From assembly GCA_000004985.1 (NCBI GenBank), contig GG738858.1: DNA of 64,000 nucleotides, one strand, 5' to 3'. Both the position numbers and the translations under genes were made by a program. Below, piece after piece: positions 1 through 11,020 of the stretch (positions are counted from its first letter, which is position 1; every line of letters starts with the position of its first letter). Below the pieces are notes generated by a model. The model searched no databases. It was not told where the DNA came from and worked only from the letters and a program-made list of their open reading frames with translations. The stretch is from Naegleria gruberi. Lineage: Eukaryota.

Positions 1-211
1 TACCTCCTCTTTACCCAATCACTGATGAAACTGTACTTCAAAACAAAAAACAAAAACAGCACCAAAAATTAACAAGTTTTAATGATTTTGTGGAAATGAT
101 TAATTACATTTCTGATAAAAGCAAATTAAATACAAGCAAAAATGATGAAAAATAATTGATTTTTGAATAAGCTTGGTTGATCAGATAGACTTACTATGTT
201 TTGTTATCATC

Positions 212-1276
212 TCAATTTAAATTGTGAGAGCATTGATTTAAATTAATTTGTTGAATGGAGGAAAAGTTCAATAAATTAATTAATTTGACAACTGCCTCCA
301 TAGATAAAAGGTTGCTCCTCAAATCAATCGATTCTATATTTGGATTGTATTTGTGTATCATTAAGATATTTCTCAGAATTGACTCACAAAGTAAAGGATG
401 CCAAATTGTCAAGTTACTTCCTCTATAATTAATTGATGGTAACTTGAGAATCACATTATTTCTAAATTTATAGAATGCTCCATCTTCACCCTTCCCAATT
501 TTAAAGAGTTTCGAACATGCTGATAATATTTTAGAAGCAGATTTCAAATCCAGGCGAATATTTTCAAGTTCCAACTTTCTGAAATTATTGTAAGGCTCCA
601 ATTTGTTTGCCAATAATTCAATGGACTTGTTTGTTATATTGGTATTTGATAGATCAAGTTCTAATAAATTTTGGGGTTTTTTTAAATATTTTAAAAATCC
701 ACTCATTCCACAATCAGTTATTGGCGTGGATTTAATGTATAGCTTTTCTAAATTTGGGATACTCTGTGATAGACCCACCAGAAATGAATCATTTACATCC
801 ATTATGTTGCTAAGATCCACATCCTTCAAATTGGCCAATTTATGAATTAAAGAAGAGCAAAGTTTTGTGTTGAGAGTATGTCTGCAATTATTTGAATTTG
901 ATAGAGATAGATCTATAGATGTAAAAGGTGTTATATCTATCAATCCTGAGTCTATTGCTCCATTCAGAAGTGATAATAACCTGTTTAATTCCGATTTGGT
1001 GAGATGAATCTTATTGTTTTCGTTTTGTTTGATTTTGAAGAATAATCCATCTTCGGAATCATCACAACCAATATTTTTCAAAATTAAATTAATATTGTCC
1101 ATAGGAAGCTGATTTTCCATTGTAGAATCTTGGTTATTTGTTCGAGCTTGTGGATGGTAATAATTATTGAATTGTGACTGGTTAAACTTACGAAATAGGT
1201 GTTGGATGATTATTTGTGCTCTTTTTGCGGTTGAAGAAGCAAAAAGGTCAAGCAAGGCTTCATGAGTTACTTCCAT
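212..1276 (-). CDS. Leucine-rich-repeat (RNI-like LRR) protein
   Basis: 354-aa ORF with repeated LxxLxLxxN motifs (LDLSNTNITNKSIELL, LELENIRLDL); ATG at 1276-1274. Confidence 0.55.
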   Translation of the reverse strand: MEVTHEALLDLFASSTAKRAQIIIQHLFRKFNQSQFNNYYHPQARTNNQDSTMENQLPMDNINLILKNIGCDDSEDGLFFKIKQNENNKIHLTKSELNRLLSLLNGAIDSGLIDITPFTSIDLSLSNSNNCRHTLNTKLCSSLIHKLANLKDVDLSNIMDVNDSFLVGLSQSIPNLEKLYIKSTPITDCGMSGFLKYLKKPQNLLELDLSNTNITNKSIELLANKLEPYNNFRKLELENIRLDLKSASKILSACSKLFKIGKGEDGAFYKFRNNVILKLPSINYRGSNLTIWHPLLCESILRNILMIHKYNPNIESIDLRSNLLSMEAVVKLINLLNFSSIQQINLNQCSHNLN

Positions 1277-1693
1277 TTTTTGTATTTTAAAATTCTAGTT
1301 GCTCTTATCAGAGTGTATTTACATAATCACTGCTCTGTTCACACTCTTTTTCGGATAAGTCTTTAGTATCAGTCTACCAAGCAGAACAACATGCAGAATC
1401 TAAGGTTCACACAAGGATTCCCAAAGCCCCACCGTCGTTAAGCAACGTAAACTTCAACCATTAACTAATCGTACTGAGTGTGAGAGAGAATAACCATCAT
1501 ACGGCTCTTCCTACACTAAGGTAGTATACACAAAGGTTGTTCATCATTAATAACAGCAATCAACCTCTTGAGGTTGAGTGATGGTATTTTTTTCTTGTGC
1601 AAATAAAAAGATTTATTCTTATGGTTTTTAAATAAATAAAAGAATAATTTATTGGGATATGCTTTCAACTACCCTATTGGCATATCAAAATGA

Positions 1694-3019
1694 TTATTTA
1701 GTTTCAAAATTGACCTTCAAGCCCAAATCGTTGGCGTTAACAACAATGGAAGCAATCTTAACAGCTTTTTGAGCAGCATCTTCCAGATTGTCAGCAGGAA
1801 TAACACGAATTCCACTCTTGGCCAAAATATCCTTAGCTTGTTGGACATTAGTACCTTGCAAACGAACAACAACAGGAGCTCTTAATTCAGTTTCCTTCAT
1901 AGCATTAATTAAACCTTGAGCAATAAGGTCACATCTCATAATACCACCAAAAATGTTAACAAGAATAGCTTGCACATGATGGTCATCGTTCAAAATTTTA
2001 AGAGCTTCAACAATTTGATCTTGGGAAGCACCACCACCGACATCCAAAAAGTTGGCTGGATCACCACCATATAATTTGATAATATCCATGGTTGCCATGG
2101 CTAAACCAGCACCATTGACAATACAACCAATATTACCATCAAGACCAATATAATTCAAATCATATTTAGCAGCACGAACATCACGAGGATCTTCTTGAGT
2201 GATATCTTTAAGTGCAAAAAGTTCTTTTTGACGGAAGAAAGCATTGTCATCAATGTTAACTTTAGCATCTGCACAAATAACTTTTCCGTCAGCAGTTTCA
2301 ATGAGAGGATTAATTTCCAAAAGTACAGAGTCTGTCTTCATAAACAAATTGTACAATTTTGTAATTTGGTCAACAGCTTGGTCAAGCAATTCATCACGGA
2401 AACCCAATTTACGAGCTAAACCTTCAGCTTGTGATTTGTGCAATCCTTCCTTTACACTAATAGGAATTGTATGAATTTCTTCAGGACTTTCTCTAGCAAC
2501 ATCTTCAATGGCCATACCACCTTGGGTACTACCAATTAATACAGGTCCACCAGATTGACGATCCAAAAGAATAGCCAAGTATAATTCTCTACGAGCATAT
2601 AATCTTTCTTGAACATAAACCTTGTTACATGGTTTACCTTCAGCACCAGTTTGTTTTGTAACTAGTACTTGTCCTAACATCTTTGATACGTAATCTTCAG
2701 CTTCTCCAATTGAAAGAGCCTTTTGAACACCTCCTTTAAGTCCACTCTTAAATTTACCTCTACCTCTACCACCAGCTAACACTTGAGCCTTGACAATATA
2801 ATCGACATGATTTCCCAATTCAGTGCAGGCCTTCTTGGTTTCTGTTGCACTTGTTAGCACTTTGCCTCTTGGAACGGAAATATCATAACTTCTGAACAAA
2901 TCTTGTGCTTGGTATTCGTGGAGATTGAGAAGACGTTTTTGTGTTGTGTTGGTTGAGATTTGAGAGAGGTTCTTTTTGCCCAATACTCTAAAGATACGAT
3001 TGGATGATGATGAGAACAT
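1694..3019 (-). CDS. Succinate--CoA ligase beta subunit (mitochondrial)
   Basis: ATP-grasp and ligase-CoA motifs (KAQVLAGGRGRG, GNIGCIVNGAGLAMATMD, NIFGGIMRCD); N-terminal presequence-like region; ORF-table start at 3049 is TTG, first ATG at 3019. Confidence 0.9.
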   Translation of the reverse strand: MFSSSSNRIFRVLGKKNLSQISTNTTQKRLLNLHEYQAQDLFRSYDISVPRGKVLTSATETKKACTELGNHVDYIVKAQVLAGGRGRGKFKSGLKGGVQKALSIGEAEDYVSKMLGQVLVTKQTGAEGKPCNKVYVQERLYARRELYLAILLDRQSGGPVLIGSTQGGMAIEDVARESPEEIHTIPISVKEGLHKSQAEGLARKLGFRDELLDQAVDQITKLYNLFMKTDSVLLEINPLIETADGKVICADAKVNIDDNAFFRQKELFALKDITQEDPRDVRAAKYDLNYIGLDGNIGCIVNGAGLAMATMDIIKLYGGDPANFLDVGGGASQDQIVEALKILNDDHHVQAILVNIFGGIMRCDLIAQGLINAMKETELRAPVVVRLQGTNVQQAKDILAKSGIRVIPADNLEDAAQKAVKIASIVVNANDLGLKVNFETK

Positions 3020-3327
3020 TTTTTGTTGTTGTTTTTTGTTGTTATTCAAGAATCCCGTTAGCGTATGATAAAGAGGAGCTTTCTTCGCCTTTTCTTACAA
3101 AGTTTTTAGGGCATTGTCGTCATCATTGAGAAACTTCATTTTTGCTTGTTTCACGAAAGTATGCACCTATCAAAGCACATTAGGTGATAGGATATTGTTT
3201 TTTTATCAGTCTTAGAATTAAGAGTTAATTTTGCCTTTTATCTTGTTTTTCAAAACTTAAAACATGGTTATTGTCGTGCAACTTTTAAAATCAATGATAT
3301 AAACTTCGTCAAATCAATTATAAAAAA

Positions 3328-4470
3328 ATGAAAATCTCCATTGCTGTGGTTGGTAGTGGCTTGAGTGCCTTGTCTCTTGTTAAGAAATTAATTTCTAATC
3401 CAAAATCTTCCTCACTTGTTGATGGAATCACACTCTTTGAAAAATCTAGAGGAGTTGGAGGACGAATGGCAACGAGAAGAGCAACATTGGATGGAAAAAC
3501 GGCTTATTTCGATCATGGAGCACAATATTTCACAGTCAGAAGTGAACAATTCAAGGAGCAAGTAAATCAATGGATCGATCAGAAACAAGTAATTTTATGG
3601 GATGATCCTATTGTATCATTAGAGAATGACATGACAATTAGGACAAAATCCGCCCAACTTGGCAGTTTGAGTGATAATAACTCTAACGACTTGATTTCAA
3701 GATATATTTCAACAAGTAATGGTATGAATGCTCTTTGTAAATCAATGAAATCAGAGATTTTAGACACAGCCAAAATTTCAAATGTTTATGTCAATTTTGA
3801 AATGGAAAAACTTGTGAAAACAATCTCAAAAGACATCAGTGGAAAGTGGAAAGTTGGGCTAGTTGACTCGATTTATGAACAGTTATTCGATTTAATAATA
3901 CTTAGTTGCCCTCCAGAACAAACAGCACAATTACTTCAAACAACAGAGCATCCAACCAATTTGTTAACTAAAGTTGAGAAAATGGAAATGTATCCATGTT
4001 GGTCAATGATGATTTCTTTCCCAACAAAACTTAATCAATCAACCATTAAGGGAGGAGCATTTGTTAATATGGATAATTGTTCTATATCTTGGATATGCAA
4101 TCAATCAAGCAGAAACAATGAGCAACAAGATAGAGAGATGTGGGTTGTTCATGCTTCCAAATACTGGTCTTCTACCAATTTAGAAAAATCCAGTACTGAA
4201 GTTCAACATATTCTATTCAATGATTTTATGAAACTATTAGAACGTTTTGAAAACAAGAATGGGTCTGAAATTATTACACAAGCTGCTGATCATGTCAATG
4301 TTCATAGATGGAGATATTCTATTCCATTTTCAACAAATTCAACCTACTCTGTAAGTGAATGGTATAATGATGGAATTGCCTGTATTGGTGATTGGACACA
4401 ACAGGGAAGAGTCGAAGGGGCTTACTTAAGTGGAGTTGAAATGGCTGATTTCTTAATTTCAAAATTGTAG
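3328..4470 (+). CDS. Renalase-like FAD/NAD(P)-dependent amine oxidoreductase
   Basis: Rossmann GxGxxA N-terminus (AVVGSGLSAL), FEKSRGVGGRMATRR and DHGAQYFT motifs matching the renalase family; C-terminal GDW/GRVEGA FAD-binding segment. Confidence 0.65.
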   Translation: MKISIAVVGSGLSALSLVKKLISNPKSSSLVDGITLFEKSRGVGGRMATRRATLDGKTAYFDHGAQYFTVRSEQFKEQVNQWIDQKQVILWDDPIVSLENDMTIRTKSAQLGSLSDNNSNDLISRYISTSNGMNALCKSMKSEILDTAKISNVYVNFEMEKLVKTISKDISGKWKVGLVDSIYEQLFDLIILSCPPEQTAQLLQTTEHPTNLLTKVEKMEMYPCWSMMISFPTKLNQSTIKGGAFVNMDNCSISWICNQSSRNNEQQDREMWVVHASKYWSSTNLEKSSTEVQHILFNDFMKLLERFENKNGSEIITQAADHVNVHRWRYSIPFSTNSTYSVSEWYNDGIACIGDWTQQGRVEGAYLSGVEMADFLISKL

Positions 4471-4496
4471 TTTATTTCAGTTTGTTTTTTAATAAT

Positions 4497-5873
4497 TTAA
4501 TTCTTCTTCAATAAAGCTTCAACACTTTCACGGAAAACTCTAGTATGGACATCAACATCTTCTTCAGTATGGTTAACACAAATTAAAGCCATGTTGTGGA
4601 ATGGTGTCATCAAAATACCACGATTAAGGGCATACAAGTGCATATATTGGTCCAATTCAAAGTCACAAACAGCAGCAGCTTCTCCACCATTGACTGGTTC
4701 GGTTGGTCTAAACCAATATTCAGTACGACAACCAAGACGTTTAACAATCCAAGGTAAATTGAAATCAGCAATAACCTGCTCAACACCTTCACAGAATTTC
4801 TTTGCCAGAGCAATGGTATATTCATAATTTTCTGGTGTAAGAATATTTTCCAATGTTGCACGCATTGCAGAAACTGAAAGAGCATTACCAGCCAAAGTAC
4901 CACCAATACCACCAACATCAATACCTTCAAGTTGAACAGTTTCAGATAAACGTCTGGCAACTTCGTGACTCAAACCATAAACAGCAGTTGGAACACCACT
5001 ACCAATAGCCTTACCAATAGTGAACAAATCTGGCTTTAATCCTAATTCCTTAGTCAAACCTCCTGGACCAGCAGAGATGGTATGAGTTTCGTCGATAATC
5101 AAAAGAGTACCATATTTAGTAGTGAGTTCACGGAGCTTATCTAAAAATCCTGGTTGTGGGAGAACAATACCAATGTTTGTCATGGCTGGTTCACACAAAA
5201 CAGCAGCAACATCACCAGGAGCCAAAGCTCTTTCCAAAGCTTCAACATCATTAAATTCAACAACCTTTGTGGTATTTGTTGGATTGGTTTGTGGACCAAT
5301 ATTTGTAGCACGACATTCAGCAGTAACACCATCATCAGCAAGGGTGACAAAAGCTTCATCAACAGTTCCGTGATAGCAATAGTTGAAAACAAGGATCTTT
5401 GGACGTTTGGTAATATGTCTAGCAATACGTAAAGTGAATCTGTTGGCATCAGTTGCAGAAACAGCAACTTGCCAGTATGGAAGACCAAAACGCTTCTTTA
5501 AATCATCACCAACCCAAATTGCATTTTCGTTTGGTAACATATAAGTAATACCATTATTTAATTGTTTTGAAACAAAATCAACGACAACATCAGGAGAGTG
5601 GCCAGTCATGGAACCAGTATCACCAAGGCAAAAATCGATAAATTTAACATCATCCAAGTCGGTAAAGTGACCTCCTTTAGCTTGTTTAACAAACAATGGA
5701 TGACCACCAGTCCACTTCTTCATCCAGTGCATTGGTACACCATCAAGAAGAGAGTTCTTAGCTCTTTCAAAGGCGTCACGACACTTTGGGTGATTCTTCA
5801 AGAACAAAGCTTCTTCTTCAGCATAGAGCTTCTTGAGATGTTCTCTATCGATTTGAACAAGTTGTTGAGACAT
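4497..5873 (-). CDS. Class-III PLP aminotransferase (glutamate-1-semialdehyde aminomutase-like)
   Basis: LIIDETHT and GKAIGSGVP(T)AVYG motifs typical of HemL-like class III aminotransferases; 458 aa, intronless. Confidence 0.75.
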   Translation of the reverse strand: MSQQLVQIDREHLKKLYAEEEALFLKNHPKCRDAFERAKNSLLDGVPMHWMKKWTGGHPLFVKQAKGGHFTDLDDVKFIDFCLGDTGSMTGHSPDVVVDFVSKQLNNGITYMLPNENAIWVGDDLKKRFGLPYWQVAVSATDANRFTLRIARHITKRPKILVFNYCYHGTVDEAFVTLADDGVTAECRATNIGPQTNPTNTTKVVEFNDVEALERALAPGDVAAVLCEPAMTNIGIVLPQPGFLDKLRELTTKYGTLLIIDETHTISAGPGGLTKELGLKPDLFTIGKAIGSGVPTAVYGLSHEVARRLSETVQLEGIDVGGIGGTLAGNALSVSAMRATLENILTPENYEYTIALAKKFCEGVEQVIADFNLPWIVKRLGCRTEYWFRPTEPVNGGEAAAVCDFELDQYMHLYALNRGILMTPFHNMALICVNHTEEDVDVHTRVFRESVEALLKKN

Positions 5874-5961
5874 TCGCGGCGAGAGTGTTTGGAGATTTTT
5901 TTTGGTCGATTCGGTGGAACAATTGTTTACAATTTTTCAAAACCGATTCTTCCAATATAAA

Positions 5962-7555
5962 ATGCCTACACATCAGCCAAGCGCAAGTTTCTCCAACCAC
6001 GAATCTCTGGAGATCTCTAACCCGCAAGTCTTGCCATCCACTCCAATTGCTGTTGATTGCGAAGAAAGCAATTTTTTCCAAGACCACAAGAAAAATCCAT
6101 CTAAACATTATGTAATTGTTATGGTAGGATTGCCAGCTAGAGGAAAATCCTACATTGCCAGACAGCTAACCAAATATTTGAACTGGTTGAATATTGATTG
6201 TTCAATTTTTAATGCTGGAGAGAAAAGAAGAGAAATGCTAGGAGCTGGGCAATCTTCTTTCTTCTGGGATAAGAACAATTCAGAAGGGCAAGAACAAAGA
6301 AAGAGGATTGGTCTTGTTACTCTTCAAGAGTTGATTGATTGGTTAATGTTGGATGAAACTGAAAACGAGGAATCCTCAAAGAAAATGAAATATGGTGGTG
6401 GGAATTGTGCTGAGGAATATACAAAAAGAGAGATCAAATGTGCAATTTTTGACGCAACAAACACAACCAGAGAACGAAGACAAATGATTATTGATCATTT
6501 GACAGACAAAAATCTACCAAGACCTTTGGAGCCAAATCATATTATTTTTGTGGAATCTATCTGTAACAATCCACAAATTATTGAAGCCAATGTAAGGGAT
6601 ATTAAAATCAAGTCTTCAGATTACAAAGGTGTTTCTGCAGAACAAGCAATTAACGATTTTATGCAAAGAATCAAAGCCTATGAACAAGTATATGAAACTA
6701 TTTCAGACGATGAGGAAAAGAGATTAAGTTATATTCAAATGATAGATATTGGTAAAAAATTCATCCTTAATAGAATTGGTGGATATGTACCTGGAAAAAT
6801 TAATCAGTGTTTAATGAACATTCATTTAGCTCCAAGAGTAATATGGCTTTCAAGACATGGAGAAAGTATGGATAATACAATGGGATTGTTAGGAGGAGAT
6901 TCAAACTTGACTGAAAAAGGTCAATGCTATGCTAAAGTATTATATAGATTTGTTAAGAGGATGCAAGAAGAGAGAAGGAATCAAGAAATATCAATCGAAA
7001 AACCACAATTGGACAATATGATGGTTTGGACTAGTCTTTTAAAAAGAACACAACAGACATCCTTCCATTTTAAACATGATGAAAACTTCAAAGTTGTTCG
7101 TTGGAGATGCTTAAATGAGCTAGATGCTGGCGTTTGTGAAGGAATGACATATGAAAGAGTGAAAGAAGAGCTTCCTCATGAATATGAGGCCAGAGAGGCT
7201 GACAAATTCAGATACAGACCACAAAACGGAGAAAGTTATTTAGATATGATTTATAGAATTGAACCAGCCATTGCTGAACTAGAAAGACAGAGATGCCCTC
7301 TTTTAATAATTGGTAGGTTTATTTTAGGTTTAATTTTCAATTAATCAATACTCTCAAAAAGGTCATCAAGCTGTAAATCGTATATTGTATTCATATCTCA
7401 CTGGACTACGTCCAGAAACTTGCACAAGACTTCCAATTCCATTAAACACAGTTATTGAAATAATCCCTAACGCATATGGGGTGGAGGAAAAGAGATACGA
7501 TTTAAATCAAGAGGTACAAAAAGAATACGAATTAATTATGTCTCAAAAGAAATAA
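5962..7555 (+). CDS. 6-phosphofructo-2-kinase/fructose-2,6-bisphosphatase
   Basis: GLPARGKSYIARQLTKYLNW P-loop, RHGES phosphatase motif; 2 exons (5962..7312, 7362..7555) joined across a 49-nt GT-AG intron, giving ...LLIIG-HQAVNRILYSYL; start taken as MPTHQ (the ORF-table start at 5902 lies 30 bp from the neighbouring gene's ATG). Confidence 0.85.
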
Positions 7556-7556
7556 T

Positions 7557-8552
7557 TTAATTTTTGGTCTCTTTTGAAATTTGTAAGGGAATTGGAAGAT
7601 TTCTTCTCATCATCATTTTGCTTTTTTTACATTCAGTTATTACACAAAGAGTGTGGAACCAATTATTAAATATTCCCTTATTATAGTTTCTCTTATTCTT
7701 GTTAACGTATTCATAAGTTGTTTGACCAGAAGAAATTAGAAACGAATGGAACACACTTAATGATCCAACAAAAAATTGTGAAAGGAAAATGTAAATCATA
7801 ATAATAATTCCTCCAATTGAATATCTTATTGAATTCGAAACCTTATCCAAAACCACATCATTCAAATTAAAATAATATATCCAAACTAGAACTGTGTGAG
7901 CCACACAAACCAAAATCACAAACCATGAAGTGATAGTGGTACTAAAAATAAATAATATGAATGATCTGTAGTTTCGTCTGCCAATACAAGTGCCAGTCCA
8001 AGGACAGTGATGATCAAACTTTTCTACACAATTATCACATCTCCTGCAATGAGAGGCCCTTGGGGGACGATATATTTCACACGTAGCACAGTATTTAAGC
8101 TCAACAACGTCCTTGCTGTTTAAATAAACTTTTTGGAAGGGTGGAGGTTCCATTTTTCTTGAATTGTTTTCGATTGCACCTGCAATGTTTTTGTCAAAGT
8201 ATTTTCTTCTTGGAATAATGCCTGGATCCGTAAAGCTTGTATAGAATAGGCCAACCATCATCAATATAAATCCAATCAAAGGTAAAACTAACAACACAAC
8301 CCCAACAGCAGGATGAATGAACAAAATAAAGTGTGGCATTATTACAGGGCCATAGGCTATTGCAGGGAGAAAAATTAAAACAAGTGTAATAATGAACAAT
8401 TTTCTATCGGGCCCGAGAATCAATCTTCCTTGACAACAAAGTGTATTATTTCCTATCCATCCTTCATATAACTTTAATGTTGTGTTGGCTATGATGTTTG
8501 TGGCTTCGGAATGTTCTGCATCTTGCTTTTGTTCTAACGCGACTGTGCTCAT
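7557..8552 (-). CDS. DHHC-type palmitoyltransferase
   Basis: CxxCxxxxxxRxxHCxxCxxCVxxFDHHCPW zinc-finger DHHC motif, 4 TM helices; ORF-table start 8567 is TTG, ATG at 8552. Confidence 0.85.
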   Translation of the reverse strand: MSTVALEQKQDAEHSEATNIIANTTLKLYEGWIGNNTLCCQGRLILGPDRKLFIITLVLIFLPAIAYGPVIMPHFILFIHPAVGVVLLVLPLIGFILMMVGLFYTSFTDPGIIPRRKYFDKNIAGAIENNSRKMEPPPFQKVYLNSKDVVELKYCATCEIYRPPRASHCRRCDNCVEKFDHHCPWTGTCIGRRNYRSFILFIFSTTITSWFVILVCVAHTVLVWIYYFNLNDVVLDKVSNSIRYSIGGIIIMIYIFLSQFFVGSLSVFHSFLISSGQTTYEYVNKNKRNYNKGIFNNWFHTLCVITECKKSKMMMRRNLPIPLQISKETKN

Positions 8553-8571
8553 TTTTACTCTGCACAAAAAA

Positions 8572-9411
8572 ATGGGGAAACACGCACAACTAGTGATTGG
8601 ACCTGCTGGCTCCGGAAAATCGACTTATTGCCAAACAATTCAAGAACATGGTAACAATACAAAGAGAGTTATTCATGTTGTAAATTTAGATCCTGCGGCT
8701 GAGGAGTTTAAATATCAATGTGCATTTGATATTCGTGACTTGGTAACATTGGAGGATGTCATGGAGGAGTTTCAACTTGGTCCGAACGGAGGTCTAGTTT
8801 ACTGTATGGAATATTTAATGCAAAATTTAGAAGATTGGTTCTCGGAAGAATTGAGTGATTATGAGAATGACTATTTAATCTTTGATTGTCCAGGTCAAAT
8901 TGAACTTTACAGTCATGTACCAATCATGCAGTTATTTGTAAAGGAGTTGGAACGAAGAGGATATAGGGTTTGTTGTGTCTATTGTATGGACGTACAATTT
9001 ATAGAAGATGTTACAAAATATATCAGTGGTATTACCCAGGCCCTTTCTGCAATGATTCAATTCGAGACTCCTCATGTCAATATTTTCACAAAATGTGATA
9101 CTCTAAAAGGAAATAAGGAAAGATCAAACATTTTAGAAAAGCTAAAAGTTCCTGACAAAACTGAGCTTCTCTACGCTTTAGAGAAAGAAACCAATCCCCA
9201 TAAGAGAAATTCATCTTTCTCCAAACTCAATCATGCAATTGTTTCATTAATTGACAACTTCAACATGGTTGGATTTCTTGAATTGGATATTACTGATGAA
9301 GAATCGATAGAATACATCCTCTCCTATGTTGATATGACTATTCAGTATGGTGAAGATGAAGAGGCAAAGGAACCAAAAGAAGAAACAGAAGAAAGCACTC
9401 AAGATGAATAA
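8572..9411 (+). CDS. GPN3: GPN-loop GTPase 3
   Basis: MGKHAQLVIGPAGSGKSTYC, VVNLDPAAE and GPNGG motifs; near-colinear with GPN3 over 279 aa; true ATG at 8572 (ORF-table start 8482 is not ATG). Confidence 0.9.
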   Translation: MGKHAQLVIGPAGSGKSTYCQTIQEHGNNTKRVIHVVNLDPAAEEFKYQCAFDIRDLVTLEDVMEEFQLGPNGGLVYCMEYLMQNLEDWFSEELSDYENDYLIFDCPGQIELYSHVPIMQLFVKELERRGYRVCCVYCMDVQFIEDVTKYISGITQALSAMIQFETPHVNIFTKCDTLKGNKERSNILEKLKVPDKTELLYALEKETNPHKRNSSFSKLNHAIVSLIDNFNMVGFLELDITDEESIEYILSYVDMTIQYGEDEEAKEPKEETEESTQDE

Positions 9412-9425
9412 ATTAATTCATCAGG

Positions 9426-10901
9426 TTAACTTTTTACTACGCTCTTTTTACTACATTGATTCCACCTGATGTGACTGTTCCAGTGAACCAATTTGCATGG
9501 TGATTGTATTTTGATATCTGACTGTTCCTGTTTGTGTAAGTTAGATCCTGATATTGGATCTTTACAAATATCACAAAGAACCTTAACGCCACCAGCAAAT
9601 TGTTGAAGCTCAGTTGCTAGTTCAGGTGTTATATCCGAAATATTTGAATAATTTCTGTGAATATGTAAGAGTTCTTTCTTTAGAGTCTCATTCATTGGTA
9701 ATTTTGGTAATGGTAGAGTATAAAGGAGAAGAGACATGATAATATCTAGCTTTGGAGTTTTGTAAAAAGGATATTTGGTTGAACTCGCATCTAAATGGTC
9801 TTTGATCATCTTGTACATTTCTAATTCTTTCATATTGTTGATAAGATCAAAGAAAATATACTTGTGTTGTACGCATGTGGACAATTCATTCAATAAGGTA
9901 TCACAGAATGAAAATAATAAATCTCTAACAACTCTGGATTTTGACTCCAAACCAGTAGGATTGTACATTATTGATGGAACACTGTACATACACGACTGTA
10001 TTTCAGGATCTGTTTCTCTTTCATAATCTTCTAACCTTATAATCTGATCCATGTATTCATTAAGAGTTGTTGCCTTTAGCAATTGTTCTCTTCTTGTTGG
10101 TAGATAATCATTCAATAAAAATAGACAAAATCGTCTCCAACTCATAGATGCATTTGATTTGAAGAGACGATAAAACATTGAACTTGCATTTTCAGAAGGT
10201 CTCATTGTAAAGTATCCACGCTTATTATTTGTTTGCTTGTCTATCAAAATCATGGCCTCATACAATTTCTCAACTGAAACCCAATAGGATGGATACTTGA
10301 ATCTTGCAACATCCAATAATAAAACCATATCTTCATCAGGATTATATCCTCCAATAGGACTGAAGTGGCCATCACCTGTTTGATCTAGTGCTTTTCTTGA
10401 AAAGTTTACAACAATATGAAACTTTTGATGTTTACATGAATCAATAATATGCTGTCTAAATTGTTCAATAGTACTATTTCTGAATAACTGAACATCAAGT
10501 CCAGAACAAACAGAAAGGCACCAAAATTGTTCCATCTGCAAACCTTTGGTTAATACTTGGTCTCCAGAAACACAACAATTCATTAACAGATTTTCATCAT
10601 AATATCTCCAAACACCTTTCCAAACTTGATTTGGATCACATTGTAAAGCATTTAAAATCATACTTAAACTTCCTAACCCGCAAAAAGCAGGTTCTTGTTG
10701 GGTGTGGAACTGTTCAGCTAATGAAAAATAATTTTCCATATATTGTTGTTTTAAACTTGATCTAAATAATTCTCTTCCTTTTTCCGAACTGAATGGTATT
10801 AATTTGTCAGATAATTTTCTCTTGTAAAACGAAACAGCACAAGTTGGTGCTGATTTAAAAGACCTCAAAACTTGAGTCGATTTAAATAAATTATTTGTCA
10901 T
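9426..10901 (-). CDS. Phytochelatin synthase (glutathione gamma-glutamylcysteinyltransferase)
   Basis: N-terminal catalytic domain with QQEPAFCGLGSLSMILNAL and downstream His/Asp region characteristic of PCS; 491 aa. Confidence 0.85.
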   Translation of the reverse strand: MTNNLFKSTQVLRSFKSAPTCAVSFYKRKLSDKLIPFSSEKGRELFRSSLKQQYMENYFSLAEQFHTQQEPAFCGLGSLSMILNALQCDPNQVWKGVWRYYDENLLMNCCVSGDQVLTKGLQMEQFWCLSVCSGLDVQLFRNSTIEQFRQHIIDSCKHQKFHIVVNFSRKALDQTGDGHFSPIGGYNPDEDMVLLLDVARFKYPSYWVSVEKLYEAMILIDKQTNNKRGYFTMRPSENASSMFYRLFKSNASMSWRRFCLFLLNDYLPTRREQLLKATTLNEYMDQIIRLEDYERETDPEIQSCMYSVPSIMYNPTGLESKSRVVRDLLFSFCDTLLNELSTCVQHKYIFFDLINNMKELEMYKMIKDHLDASSTKYPFYKTPKLDIIMSLLLYTLPLPKLPMNETLKKELLHIHRNYSNISDITPELATELQQFAGGVKVLCDICKDPISGSNLHKQEQSDIKIQSPCKLVHWNSHIRWNQCSKKSVVKS

Positions 10902-11020
10902 TCCGAGTTATTGAACAATTTTTCAATACAGCATATGCGACTGGATGAATGCTATTTTTTTAAAATTTGAAAATGCAAAATGGACTCCATCACGCTTTCA
11001 ATCAATCGAAAAAAAAAAAT

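Noticed and set aside
2195-2474. Antisense or alternative-frame ORFs inside well-supported genes (for example 603-845, 2195-2474, 4591-4960, 5122-5488, 13928-14201, 25832-26527, 53466-53892)
   Set aside because: They overlap confidently assigned coding regions on the opposite strand or in another frame. Compositions are low-complexity or biased with no motifs. They are typical spurious ORFs in AT-rich DNA
8482-8571. ORF-table start of the GPN3 ORF at 8482, and similar M-labelled starts at 3049, 5902, 8567, 11301, 15734 and 33964
   Set aside because: These first codons are TTG or GTG rendered as M by the ORF caller. In-frame ATGs with the aaaaATG context lie downstream, and homology begins there; I moved the starts accordingly
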